A DNA stretch of 64,000 nucleotides from Dehalococcoidia bacterium (GCA_965237865.1 OZ250164.1:2440142-2504141); one strand, 5' to 3'; shown: positions 1 to 9,814, counted from the first letter of the stretch. Made by a program: numbers and translations. Notes: a model not told the origin generated them from the sequence alone.

Positions 1-173
<173 letters not shown>

Positions 174-177
<4 letters not shown>

Positions 178-1433
178 GATTCGGCCTCCCAGCGTCCGCG
201 GTTGATGGTGCGGCCGGGATCGAACTGCCGCCGCAGCGCGCGCACCAGCGCGCGCTCGCCCTCGCCGAAGGGATCGGCCTCCGCGCGCAGTGCGGGCGGC
301 CCGGCCTCGATCTGCAGGAAGCCGCCGTGCTGCTCGGCGCGGGCGCGCAGCGCGATCACGTCGGAGGCCTCGATGGCGCCTCCCGCCGCGATCACGCTGC
401 CTGCCGTCAGGTGCCCCCAGGCCACGATGCCTCCTGTATCGCTGGTTTCAGTGTCGCTCGTTTCACGGTCGCTGGTTTCAGTGTCGTCGATCGCCTCGAT
501 CGCTTCCAGCGTCGCAGCAACCTCGCTGGCCGGCACGCCGAGGCGCAGCACGACGCCCCGCTCGCCCCCGGCGAGGGCGCGCAGCCGCTCCCACGCGCCC
601 GGCGGCGGCTCGATCGCCGCGCCCCCGGCGCGCTCGACGATCGCCGCCGCGCAGCGGTCCAGCGTCTCCTCGTCGCCCATCGCCTCGAGCAGCGCGTGCG
701 GGTGCGCCTCGAGGCCCGCGACCACAGCGGCCTGCGGCGAGAGCACGGAGAGCGCGCGCAGCGGCAGCGCCAACTCGCGCAGCTCGAAGGCGAGCGCCGC
801 GGCGTCCTCGACGCGCTCGCGGGGCACGGCCAGCGAGCGCGTGGCGGGGGGCAGCGTGGCGAGCTTGAACGAGGCCTCGACGATCACGCCGAAGACGCCG
901 AGCGCGCCGGTGTGCAGGCGGTGCAGGTCGTAGCCGCTGACGTTCTTGACGACGCGCCCGCCCGTGCGCACGAGCTCGCCCGAGGGCGTCGCGACCGTCG
1001 CGCCGAGCAGCAGATCGCGCGCGGCAGGCAGCTGCCCGCGCCAGGCGCCGGGCCGCGCCGTCGCCAGCAGCCCGCCGATCGAGACGCGCCCGTCCGGCGG
1101 CGGGTCGACCGGCAGGTACTGGCCGTACTCGGCGAGCATCGACTGCATCGCGCGCAGGCTCATGCCCGCCCCGACGGTCACGGTCAGGTCGTCCGGCTCG
1201 TAGGCGACGGCGCTATCGAGGCCGGAGAGGTCCAGCGCCACGTCGTAGCGGTCGAGCGGCCGGCCGAGCGAGAGCGCCGTGCGCCCGCCCTGCGGCGACA
1301 CAACCTGCCCCGCCGCGGCGGCCTGGGCGAGCAGCTCCGCGACCTCCTCGGCGGAGCCGGGCCGCCACGCCTGTTCCGGCGTCTTGCCGTCGATCGGGTA
1401 CGCCGCCGGGTCCGGCGCTGCGCCGCTGCTCAT
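174..1433 (-). CDS. glcE: glycolate oxidase FAD-binding subunit GlcE
   Basis: 419-aa ORF with FAD-binding PCMH-type domain signatures (e.g. NVSGYDLHRLHTGALGVFGVIVEASFKL). Operon position between glcD and glcF. Contains a low-complexity (TETSD)n insertion. Confidence 0.85.
437..487. repeat. 15-bp imperfect tandem repeat (~3.3 units) inside glcE, encoding ETSDR/ETSDT repeats
   Basis: Seen directly: gctggtttcagtgtc / gctcgtttcacggtc / gctggtttcagtgtc. In frame (15 bp = 5 codons). Confidence 0.7.
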
Positions 1434-1443
1434 GCCTCGCGGC

Positions 1444-2889
1444 CTAGATGTAGACGCCGGGCGTCGCGAGGTGCCGGCGCACCTCGGCGGCGTGTCCGGA
1501 GGCGCAGCCGTGCCCGGACGGCATGATCTTGCAGGGGTTGAAGGTGTCGCCCGTGCCGAACGCCACGCGCAGGCGCGACATCGCCTCGAGGTCCGCGGGG
1601 GCGAAGATCCAGTCCATGTAGGAGCGCTTCTCCAGGCCGACGCCGTGCTCGCCGGTGATCGAGCCGCCGGCGTCGACGCAGATGCGCATGATCTCGCCGC
1701 CGAGGTCGAGCACGCGCTCGGTCGCGCCCTCGTCGAGCTCGTCGAACATGATGTTGGGGTGCAGGTTGCCGTCGCCGGCGTGGAAGATGTTGGCGCAGCG
1801 GAAGCCGTACTCGTCGGCGAGCCCGTTCACCGCCGCCATCACCTCCGGCAGCTTCGTGCGCGGCACGACACCGTCGAGGATGTAGAAGTTCGGCGAGCTT
1901 GCGCCGATCGCGCCGATCCCGCCCTTGCGCCCCTCCCAGAGCCGCTCCCGCTCCTCCTCGGACTCGGCGACGCGGATCTCGCGCGCGCCCGACCCCAGGC
2001 ACGCCGTCTCGACGCGCTCCACGTCGGCGGCGACCGACTGCGGGACGCCCTCGACCTCGATCAGCAGCACCGCGCCGGCGTCGAGCGGGTAGCCGACGTG
2101 CATTTGCGGCTCGATGATGCGGATGATCGCCTGGTCCAGCATCTCCATCGCCACCGGCAGCACGCCGCCACGGATCACCGCCGAGACCGCCTCCGAGGCG
2201 TCGTCGATGCTGTCGAAGATCGCGAGCATCGTGCGCACGTCGGGTGGCAGGCTGACCAGCGAGACGCAGACCTTGGTGACGATGCCGAGCGTGCCCTCGG
2301 AGCCGCAGAAGACGCCGCGCAGGTCCGGCCCCGGCACGTCCGGCTGCCGCCCGCCGAGCCAGGTCAGCCGCCCGTCCGGCAGCACGACCTCGACGCCGAG
2401 CACGTGGTTGACCGTGCTGCCGTGCGCGAGGGTGTGCGGCCCGCCGGCGTTCGTCCCGACGTTGCCGCCGATGGTGCAGATGCGCTGCGAGGAGGGGTCC
2501 GGCGCGTAGCGCAGCCCGTGCTCGGCGCAGGCGTCCTGCAGCGCGAGGTTGATCACCCCCGGCTCGAGGACCGCGACGCGGTTGACCGCGTCCAGCTCGA
2601 GGATGCGGTTCATACGCGTCAGCACCACGGCCACGCCGCCGAGAATCGGCACCGCGCCCCCCGCCAGCCCCGTCCCGGAGCCGCGAGGCACCACCGGCGC
2701 CCGGTGCCTGCTCGCGATACTGACGGCGGCCGCGACCTCCTCGGCGCTGCCGGGCAGCACCACGGCGTCCGGGCGCGCGCGCTCGATCGTCGCGTCGTAC
2801 TCGTAGCCGAAGAGATCCTCGGGCAGGTGCAGCACGTGCGCCTCGCCGAGGGCGTCCTGCAGCTCGCGGATCAGCTCGTCATTCGCCAT
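1444..2889 (-). CDS. glcD: glycolate oxidase subunit GlcD (FAD-linked oxidase)
   Basis: 481-aa ORF with a FAD-binding domain and a C-terminal FAD-oxidase domain, highly GlcD-like throughout. Lies 10 bp upstream of glcE. Confidence 0.9.
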   Translation of the reverse strand: MANDELIRELQDALGEAHVLHLPEDLFGYEYDATIERARPDAVVLPGSAEEVAAAVSIASRHRAPVVPRGSGTGLAGGAVPILGGVAVVLTRMNRILELDAVNRVAVLEPGVINLALQDACAEHGLRYAPDPSSQRICTIGGNVGTNAGGPHTLAHGSTVNHVLGVEVVLPDGRLTWLGGRQPDVPGPDLRGVFCGSEGTLGIVTKVCVSLVSLPPDVRTMLAIFDSIDDASEAVSAVIRGGVLPVAMEMLDQAIIRIIEPQMHVGYPLDAGAVLLIEVEGVPQSVAADVERVETACLGSGAREIRVAESEEERERLWEGRKGGIGAIGASSPNFYILDGVVPRTKLPEVMAAVNGLADEYGFRCANIFHAGDGNLHPNIMFDELDEGATERVLDLGGEIMRICVDAGGSITGEHGVGLEKRSYMDWIFAPADLEAMSRLRVAFGTGDTFNPCKIMPSGHGCASGHAAEVRRHLATPGVYI

Positions 2890-2911
2890 GAAGCGAGTCT
2901 AGCACCGGCGC

Positions 2912-3280
2912 CCTATCGCCCCTCTCTCTTGGTGAGACGACGGCGAGAGTGAGGGGACCTCCGGCGTGCGCCTACCCCGCCGTTCCCGGCTCCCCCCTCT
3001 CCCTGGGGAGAGGGCGGGGGTGAGGGGCACACCATACTTCCGAGGGGCACGGAGCGTTCGAGGGCGAGCGCGTCCCTCAGTGGGGGGCTGCGCCCCCCAC
3101 ACCCCCATCCCGGAGGAGCGTGCGCTGCGCGCCGCTCGGCCCACCCACCCGCCCTCGGATGTTCTTTCTGTGGGGGCTTCGCCCCCACGCCCCCGTCGGA
3201 TCGGGAGACAAGGCGCCTCTGCCGTAGCGCCCTGGGGTGTCTCTCTCCCTGGAGAGACGGCGAGAGTGAGGGGTCCGCTC
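2912..3280 (+). repeat. dispersed mosaic intergenic repeat element, copy A (full, with core)
   Basis: Core 3082-3196 is GGGGGGCTGCGCCCCCC...GGCCCACCCACCCGCCCTCGGATGTTCTTTCTGTGGGGGCTTCGCCCCCAC. It is flanked by CTCTCCC-N-GGGAGAG hairpins and GAGAGTGAGGGG modules. Near-identical cores occur at 5 other loci in the window. Confidence 0.85.
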
Positions 3281-3284
3281 GAAC

Positions 3285-4325
3285 CTACCCGCCCGCGAGG
3301 CCCGGACCGGCCACCTCGCCGGCGGCGGTCACGACGACGTCGGCGTAGCTGCCCCCGCGCAGCCGCGCGCCCGGCTCGACGAGGGCGCGAATGAGCTCGG
3401 CGTCCTCGATCACGGCGTTGGCGCCGACGACCGTCTCCGCGAGGCTGCAGCCCTCGACCGTCGCGCGCGCGCCGATCAGCGCCGGGCCGGCGATGCGCGA
3501 TTCGCGGACGCGCGCGCCCTCGGCGGCGAGGACCGCGCCGCTGATCTGATTGCCGCCATCCGCGAGCGCCGAGGCACTGCCTGATCCGGAGTCCGCCTCA
3601 ATGCCCGGCAGCAGCCGCGACTGGGCGTGCAGCAGCCCTTCGAGCGTGCCGCCGTCGAGCCACTCGCCGTCGAGCGTCCAGCCGCGCAGCTCGCGGCCCT
3701 CGCCGAGCAGCGCGGCGACGGTCGCGGTGAGGTCGGACTCGCCCTTCGCGTTGATGTAGGGGTTCGTGCGCACACGCTCGACCGCCTCCGGCGCGAGCAG
3801 CCAGAGCCCGACCAGCGCGAGGTTCGAGCGCGGCTGCTCCGGCTTCTCCTCGAGGTCCACGATCCGCTCGCCCTCGAGCAGCGCGACCCCGAAGGCGCGA
3901 GGGTCGTCGACCGCCTGCAGCAGCAGCCCGGCCGTCGCGCCCGAGTCCTCGAAGTGCCGCAGCAGCGCCGGGTCCGCGCCCCGCAGCACGGTGTCGACCG
4001 CCAGCACGGCGACCGTGCGCTCCTCGAGCGCCGCGCCGACCGAGGCGACGGCGTCGCCGGGTCCGTTCGGCTCCCGCTGCACGGCTTCGGAGACCGTGAC
4101 GCCGGGCGGCGCGTGGCTGCGCGCGACCTCGGCGGTCGTCGCGTCCTCGGGACCGACGACCACGGCGATCTCGCGCAGCCCGAGCGAGGCGAGCAGCTCG
4201 AGCGCGTAGACGATCAGCGGGCGGTTGAGCAGCGGGACCAGCGGCTTCGGAGTAGCGGGCGTGATCGGACGCAGCCGCGTCCCCAGCCCCGCGGTCAGCA
4301 CCACGCCAAGCGGCCCTCGCGCCAT
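3285..4325 (-). CDS. sugar-phosphate nucleotidyltransferase (glucose-1-phosphate thymidylyl/uridylyltransferase-like, with C-terminal left-handed beta-helix)
   Basis: N-terminal GVVLTAGLGTRLRPITPATPKPLVP nucleotidyltransferase motif. C-terminal hexapeptide-repeat region. Start chosen at the internal ATG (MARGPLG) preceded by a GGAGGGG RBS; the ORF could extend to 4355. Confidence 0.75.
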   Translation of the reverse strand: MARGPLGVVLTAGLGTRLRPITPATPKPLVPLLNRPLIVYALELLASLGLREIAVVVGPEDATTAEVARSHAPPGVTVSEAVQREPNGPGDAVASVGAALEERTVAVLAVDTVLRGADPALLRHFEDSGATAGLLLQAVDDPRAFGVALLEGERIVDLEEKPEQPRSNLALVGLWLLAPEAVERVRTNPYINAKGESDLTATVAALLGEGRELRGWTLDGEWLDGGTLEGLLHAQSRLLPGIEADSGSGSASALADGGNQISGAVLAAEGARVRESRIAGPALIGARATVEGCSLAETVVGANAVIEDAELIRALVEPGARLRGGSYADVVVTAAGEVAGPGLAGG

Positions 4326-4411
4326 CGTCCGCCCCCCTCCGGGCCAGCATCGCACCGAGGCCCCCGCCCGTCGAATCCGCCCCGCCGGGCCACCGAGGCC
4401 TCACGCGTACA

Positions 4412-7360
4412 ATGATGCCGATGCCGCAAACGACCGAACCGGCCTTCAACAACGAACTCGCGAACGCGCTCCGCGGCAAGCACCCGCGATGGCGCGAGGG
4501 CAATCGCATCGGCTCGGAGCAGACAGGCGTCTTCCAGGACCACCTGGGGCTGCAGCCCGACATCGTAGTCCACCACCCCGGCGGTGCTCCGGTAGTCGTT
4601 GAGACCGAGTTCGAGCCTGCGCGCACAGTCGAGGACGACGCCCGCGCCCGCCTTGGCCTGGTCATCGCGGAGACCGGAGACGCCGTCGAGCAGGCCATCG
4701 CGATCCGCGTCCCGCTCGCTATGCGCGGCGATCAGAGCCACCTCCCCGAACAGATCGCCGCCGCAGAGTTCCGCTACTGCGTCTTCACCCACCGCGAGGG
4801 CGAGCCGCACGATCCCCTGCGCTGGCCCAAGTCGGGCTGGCTCAGCGGCGGCATCGACGACCTCGCGGGTCTGATCGAGCAGACCGCCCTCTCCGAGCGC
4901 CGCATCGCCGAGGGCATGCGCATCCTCGAGGAAGGTGTGGGACAGGCCGCCGCCCGCCTCCGCTCCAACCTCGAACACGATCGGCCCGGCGTGCTGGCGC
5001 AGATCGCCGAGGCGCTCCACCAGGAGGGAGGGGAGCAGACCTCGCGGATGGCGATGGCCATCGTCGCCAATGCACTCACCGTTCACACGAGCATCGCTGG
5101 TGCCCACGACATCCCCCCGCTCGACGAACTGCGCGGCGCCCGCGGGCAGTTGTTGAAGACGAGGGTGCTGGCGACCTGGCGCCGCATCCTGCACGAGATC
5201 AACTACTGGCCGATCTTCAGGATCGCCTCGGACGTGCTGCTGCCCATTCCGAACGGGACGGCGGGCGCGGTGCTTGAGCGCCTGCACGCGGTCGCCGCCG
5301 AGCTCGACGGCATCGGTGTGACCAGCACGCAGGATCTGGCTGGGCAGATGTTTGGCCGGCTGATCACAGACCGGAAGTTCCTCGCGACGTTTTACACGCT
5401 CCCGTCCTCGGCGGCGCTGCTCGCCGAACTCGCTGTCTCGCGGCTGGATGTCGACTGGCCGGATGCCGAGGCGGTGAAGGCGCTGCGCATCGCCGACCTC
5501 GCCTGCGGCACGGGCGTGCTGCTCGCTGCCGCCTACCGCGCGACCGCAGCACGCCACCGCCGCGCCAACGGTGATGACGAGGCGCTGCACCAGGCGATGA
5601 TGGAGCATGCGCTGATCGGCGCCGACATCATGCCCGCCGCCACGCACCTGACCGCCTCGATGCTGTCGAGCGCGCACCCGACCGTGACGTTTGGCAACAC
5701 GCGGGTCTACACGATGCCGTACGGCAGGCAGGGCGAGGAAGCTGGCGACGCCATCGCCATCGGGTCGCTCGACCTTATCGAGAGCGACACGATGCTGGCC
5801 TTGTTCACCACCGGGCGACAGGTTCTGCGCGGTACGGGAGCAGACGAGGAGGCCGAGGGCTTCCAGGAGCTTGTGCTGCCCACCGCCACTGCCGACCTCG
5901 TGATAATGAATCCGCCCTTCACACGACCGACGAATCACGCGGGCATCTACGGGGTACCGGTGCCATCGTTCGCGGGATTCGCGACGACCGACGACGAGCA
6001 GGCGCATATGGCAGCAGCCCTGAAGGGCATCCGCGGGCGACTGACTGACCCTGCGGGCGACGGCAACGCAGGGCTCGCGTCCAACTTTCTCGATCTGGCG
6101 CATCAGAAGGTCACGCCCAAGGGCGTCCTGGCGCTGGTGCTGCCGCTTACGGTGATCTCGGGCGGATCGTGGTCGGCGGCACGCCGCCTGCTCGCGCGCC
6201 ACTATCGTGATGTCACGGTCATTGCTCTGGCCACGACGGGACAATCCACGCGGGCGTTCTCGGCGGACACGGGCATCGGCGAGGCGCTGATCGTGGCGGT
6301 GAAGCGCGACGAGCCGAATGAAGCCGGGGAGGACGATGGCGAGGCGAACTGTCCCACGCTGTACGTCAACCTCGTGCATCGACCGCGGAGCACGGTCGAC
6401 GCTGGGGAAGTCGCTCGCGCGATAGCACAGCTTGCGAATCAAGAGACCGGCTTCATCCACAGCGGTGATGACGAGGTCGGCTGCTACATCCGCGCGTCGC
6501 TTGCGGACGGCGGCTGCGCCTCGCTCCGTGAGCCGCACGTCGCCGCCGCCGCGCTCGGCCTGCCGCACGGCTCACTGCGCCTGCCACGGCTGCCCGAGCC
6601 GTTCGAGATCCCGATCGCCAAGCTCGCCGATCTCGGCGAGCGCGGCCTGGTTGACCGCGACATCGCCGGCGAGGAGCGGAACAGGGCCGGGGTGCCGCGC
6701 GGGCCGTTCGATGTCGTGTTCCGCCGCACCGGGCGAGCCGCGTACCCCATGCTCTGGGGGCATGACGCGAACCGGGAGCGGCGGCTCGCGGTGGAGCCGG
6801 ACAGCGAGGGGCGCGCGCGGCCGGACAGCGACGCGCGGGCGGTCGCTGTCTGGGAAACGGCCACCCGGCTGCACCTCAACCGCGACTTCCGCCTGAACTC
6901 GCAGAGCCTCGCCGCGTGCCTCACGCCGGAACGATCGATCGGCGGCAGGGCGTGGCCGAACTTCAGCGTCGAGGGCGATGCGCGTCGCGAGGAGGCGCTC
7001 GCGCTCTGGGCGAACACCACGCTTGGGCTGATCTGCTTCTGGTGGATCGCCGGGCGGCAGCAGCAGGGTCGCGCCATCCTGACGATCTCGAACCTGCCGT
7101 CGCTGCCGGTCCTTGACGTGCGAGAACTCGACGCGCGACAACTCGGGATCGCTGCGCGAATCTTCGAGGACTTCCGCGACTGGACGTTCCTGCCAGCCAA
7201 CGAGGCGTACCGCGACGACACGCGGAAGGCGCTCGACCGCGCGGTCCTGTGCGACCTGATTGGCCTGCCGGAGTCGATCCTCGAACCGCTCGACGTGCTG
7301 CGCGAGCAGTGGTGCGCGGAGCCGACGGTGCACGGCGGCAAGTCCACGCGGCCCACGTAG
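4412..7360 (+). CDS. large standalone N6-adenine DNA methyltransferase-domain protein (candidate Type IIG/IIL restriction-modification enzyme)
   Basis: 982-aa ORF. SAM-binding motif I (RIADLACGTGVLLAAA) lies upstream of catalytic motif IV (LVIMNPPFT), i.e. gamma-class amino-MTase order. TFYTLPSSAALLAEL matches the motif-X-like region. About 340 aa of N-terminal and about 350 aa of C-terminal (putative TRD) extensions flank the MTase core. No separate R or S genes nearby. Confidence 0.7.
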   Translation: MMPMPQTTEPAFNNELANALRGKHPRWREGNRIGSEQTGVFQDHLGLQPDIVVHHPGGAPVVVETEFEPARTVEDDARARLGLVIAETGDAVEQAIAIRVPLAMRGDQSHLPEQIAAAEFRYCVFTHREGEPHDPLRWPKSGWLSGGIDDLAGLIEQTALSERRIAEGMRILEEGVGQAAARLRSNLEHDRPGVLAQIAEALHQEGGEQTSRMAMAIVANALTVHTSIAGAHDIPPLDELRGARGQLLKTRVLATWRRILHEINYWPIFRIASDVLLPIPNGTAGAVLERLHAVAAELDGIGVTSTQDLAGQMFGRLITDRKFLATFYTLPSSAALLAELAVSRLDVDWPDAEAVKALRIADLACGTGVLLAAAYRATAARHRRANGDDEALHQAMMEHALIGADIMPAATHLTASMLSSAHPTVTFGNTRVYTMPYGRQGEEAGDAIAIGSLDLIESDTMLALFTTGRQVLRGTGADEEAEGFQELVLPTATADLVIMNPPFTRPTNHAGIYGVPVPSFAGFATTDDEQAHMAAALKGIRGRLTDPAGDGNAGLASNFLDLAHQKVTPKGVLALVLPLTVISGGSWSAARRLLARHYRDVTVIALATTGQSTRAFSADTGIGEALIVAVKRDEPNEAGEDDGEANCPTLYVNLVHRPRSTVDAGEVARAIAQLANQETGFIHSGDDEVGCYIRASLADGGCASLREPHVAAAALGLPHGSLRLPRLPEPFEIPIAKLADLGERGLVDRDIAGEERNRAGVPRGPFDVVFRRTGRAAYPMLWGHDANRERRLAVEPDSEGRARPDSDARAVAVWETATRLHLNRDFRLNSQSLAACLTPERSIGGRAWPNFSVEGDARREEALALWANTTLGLICFWWIAGRQQQGRAILTISNLPSLPVLDVRELDARQLGIAARIFEDFRDWTFLPANEAYRDDTRKALDRAVLCDLIGLPESILEPLDVLREQWCAEPTVHGGKSTRPT

Positions 7361-7432
7361 CCGCGCACCCCGCGGGGCGCGAGCGGCTATCATCGCCGCG
7401 GCGCTGCCGCGCGGCGCAGGAGCGGGGGCGGG

Positions 7433-9814
7433 ATGCTGCTGCGAGGGCTCAACGTCGTCGAGATCTCAGCGAGCGGGGCCGCTGCGTGGGCCACGAAGGA
7501 TCTCGCCGACTGGGGCGCGAACGTCGTCGTCCTCGAGCCGCCCGAGGGCAGCCCGCTGCGCGCCGAGCCGCCCTGGTACGAGCGCGAGGGCGAACGCCGC
7601 AGCGCCACCTGGCAGTGGCTCTCGCGCGGCAAGACCGTCGTCGCCGCCGGGCCCGATCTGGCGACGACGCCAGAGGACGCACTCGCGCTCTGCCGCGACG
7701 CCGATCTCGTCGTCGCGGAGCACGAGCCGCTGGCCGCGCTGCTCGGCCTCCGCCCGGCCGAGGTGCGCGCCGCGCTCGAGGGCCACAGCGTCGTCGTACG
7801 CATCGCCGCCTTCGCCCCGGACGGGCCGTACGCGCACTACCGCGCGACGGACCTCGGGATCTGCTCGCTTGGCGGCTGGGCGGGGATGCTGGGCGCGCCC
7901 GATCGGCAGCCGCTGCGCCCGGCGGGCGACCTCGGGACGCGCGCGACGGGGCTGCACGCCCTCGCAGCGGCGCTGTTCGCCCTGCGCCACCGCGAGCGCG
8001 GCGCGGCGCCCTCGTTCGTCGAGGTCTCGGCGCAGGCGGTCGCCGCCGCGCTGCTGACCAGCCCCTGGCTGGCCTACAGCATGTTCGGGACGACTGGCTT
8101 CCGGCGCGCAGCGACCTGGCCGAACGCCTCCGTGCGCTGCAAGGACGGCCACGCCGGCATCCTCCCGCTCACCCACCAGCACTGGGCCTCGCTCTGCGAG
8201 GTGACCGGCATCGCCGACGTGCTCGATGAGCCCGGCGGGCGCGAACTGAGCTACCGCCAGGAGCACGGGGCGGAGCTGTGGGAGCGCGTCCACGAGTGGT
8301 ACGAGCTGCGCACCCGCGAACAGGTCTACTTCGCCGGCCAGGCCGTGCGCGTCCCCTCCGGGCCCGCCGACAGCGTCTCGCAGCGCCTCGCAGACGCGCA
8401 TCTGGAGGCGCGCGGCTTCTTCGAGCGCGCCGTCGTCGACGGCGTGATGCTGCGCGTGCCGCGCGTGCCCTACCGCATCGCGGGCGCTCCGACGCTGCCG
8501 CGCGGCGCGGCGGTCGAGGAGCAGCGCGCGAGCTTCGCGCCCGGCGATGCCGGCACCGCCAGCGACGCCGAGCCGCCGGCGCTGCCGATGGAAGGCGTGC
8601 GGGTGATCGACCTGACGTGGTTCTGGTCCGGCCCCCACGCCACGATGAACCTCGGCGCGTTCGGGGCGGACGTGATCAAGGTCGAGTCGGTGAGCCGGCC
8701 GGACTCCTACCGCTTCACCGGCGCCGCCGCCGGGGAGTCGCAGGCCTGGGAGCGCAACTACCTCTGGAACGACTCCAACCAGAACAAGCGTGGGCTCACC
8801 GTGGACCTCAACACGGAGACCGGCCGGGGGCTCTTCGAGCGGCTGCTGCGCGAGGGCGACGTGATGGTCAGCAACTTCTCGAACCGCGTGCTGCCGAACC
8901 TCGGCTACACCGCGGAGCGCCTGCACGAGATCAACCCGCGGCTGATCAGCGTGACGATGCCGGGCTACGGCCCGGACGGCCCCTGGGGCGACTTCGTCGG
9001 CTTCGGCAGCACCTTCGAGCAGGCCGTCGTCGCGACGATGAACGGCTACGCCGACGACGACCAGCCGCGCCTGATCGGCGGCGCCTGCGACCCGCTCGTC
9101 GGCATGAACGCCGTCGTGGCGATCCAGCTCGCGCTGCGCCATCGCGAGCAGTCCGGCCTCGGCACGACGGTCGAGGTGCCGCAGTGCGAGGTGCTGGACG
9201 CGATGTTCGGGCCGGAGCACATCGCCGTGCAGCACGGCGCGCCGGACCCCGGCCTGCGCGGCAACAAGCACGACCGCATGGTCCCGCACGAGGTCTACCG
9301 GACGGCCGGCGAGGACGCCTGGATCAGCATCGCCGTCGACAGCGACGATCAGTTCGCCGGGCTCGTGAGCGTGCTCGGTCAGCCCGCGCTGTCGGACGAC
9401 CCGCGCTTCGCGAGCGCAGGGGACCGCAAGGCCAACGAGGAGGACCTCGACGCGATCGTCGCCGACGCCGTCCGCGAGCGGGAGCCGCTCGAGCTGGAGG
9501 CGGCGCTGCAGGCGGTCGGCGTCGCCGGCTGCCGCGTCACGCCGCCTCACCGGCTGACGGAGGACGTGGGCCTGCGGCACTTCGGCTTCTTCCAGGAGCT
9601 CACGCGCGAAGTGACCGGCACGCACCTCTACAAGACCTTCCCCTTCCGCTTCAGCGGCTTCCCGGCCGCCCACCGCAGCACCGCGCCGCTGCTCGGCGAG
9701 CACAACCGCGAGGTGCTGAGCGAGCTGCTCGGTCTCGGCGAGGAAGAGCTGGACGCCCTCGAGGCGGCGGGCGAGATCGGCACGACGCCCTCCTGGTCGC
9801 CCACGCCGACGTAG
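7433..9814 (+). CDS. tandem-fused family III CoA-transferase (two CaiB/BaiF domains in one polypeptide)
   Basis: 793-aa ORF. Residues ~1-370 and ~390-793 each resemble CaiB/BaiF family III CoA-transferases. The second domain has the conserved GACDPLVG active-site region. Confidence 0.75.
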   Translation: MLLRGLNVVEISASGAAAWATKDLADWGANVVVLEPPEGSPLRAEPPWYEREGERRSATWQWLSRGKTVVAAGPDLATTPEDALALCRDADLVVAEHEPLAALLGLRPAEVRAALEGHSVVVRIAAFAPDGPYAHYRATDLGICSLGGWAGMLGAPDRQPLRPAGDLGTRATGLHALAAALFALRHRERGAAPSFVEVSAQAVAAALLTSPWLAYSMFGTTGFRRAATWPNASVRCKDGHAGILPLTHQHWASLCEVTGIADVLDEPGGRELSYRQEHGAELWERVHEWYELRTREQVYFAGQAVRVPSGPADSVSQRLADAHLEARGFFERAVVDGVMLRVPRVPYRIAGAPTLPRGAAVEEQRASFAPGDAGTASDAEPPALPMEGVRVIDLTWFWSGPHATMNLGAFGADVIKVESVSRPDSYRFTGAAAGESQAWERNYLWNDSNQNKRGLTVDLNTETGRGLFERLLREGDVMVSNFSNRVLPNLGYTAERLHEINPRLISVTMPGYGPDGPWGDFVGFGSTFEQAVVATMNGYADDDQPRLIGGACDPLVGMNAVVAIQLALRHREQSGLGTTVEVPQCEVLDAMFGPEHIAVQHGAPDPGLRGNKHDRMVPHEVYRTAGEDAWISIAVDSDDQFAGLVSVLGQPALSDDPRFASAGDRKANEEDLDAIVADAVREREPLELEAALQAVGVAGCRVTPPHRLTEDVGLRHFGFFQELTREVTGTHLYKTFPFRFSGFPAAHRSTAPLLGEHNREVLSELLGLGEEELDALEAAGEIGTTPSWSPTPT

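Noticed and set aside
2966-3394. Conserved peptide-like frame inside the repeat cores (e.g. CAPHTPIPEERALRAARPTHPPSD at 2966-3394, 10629-10823, 29514-29723)
   Set aside because: Conservation is at the nucleotide level across all three frames and in both orientations. There is no RBS or start-codon conservation. It is better explained as a non-coding repeat.
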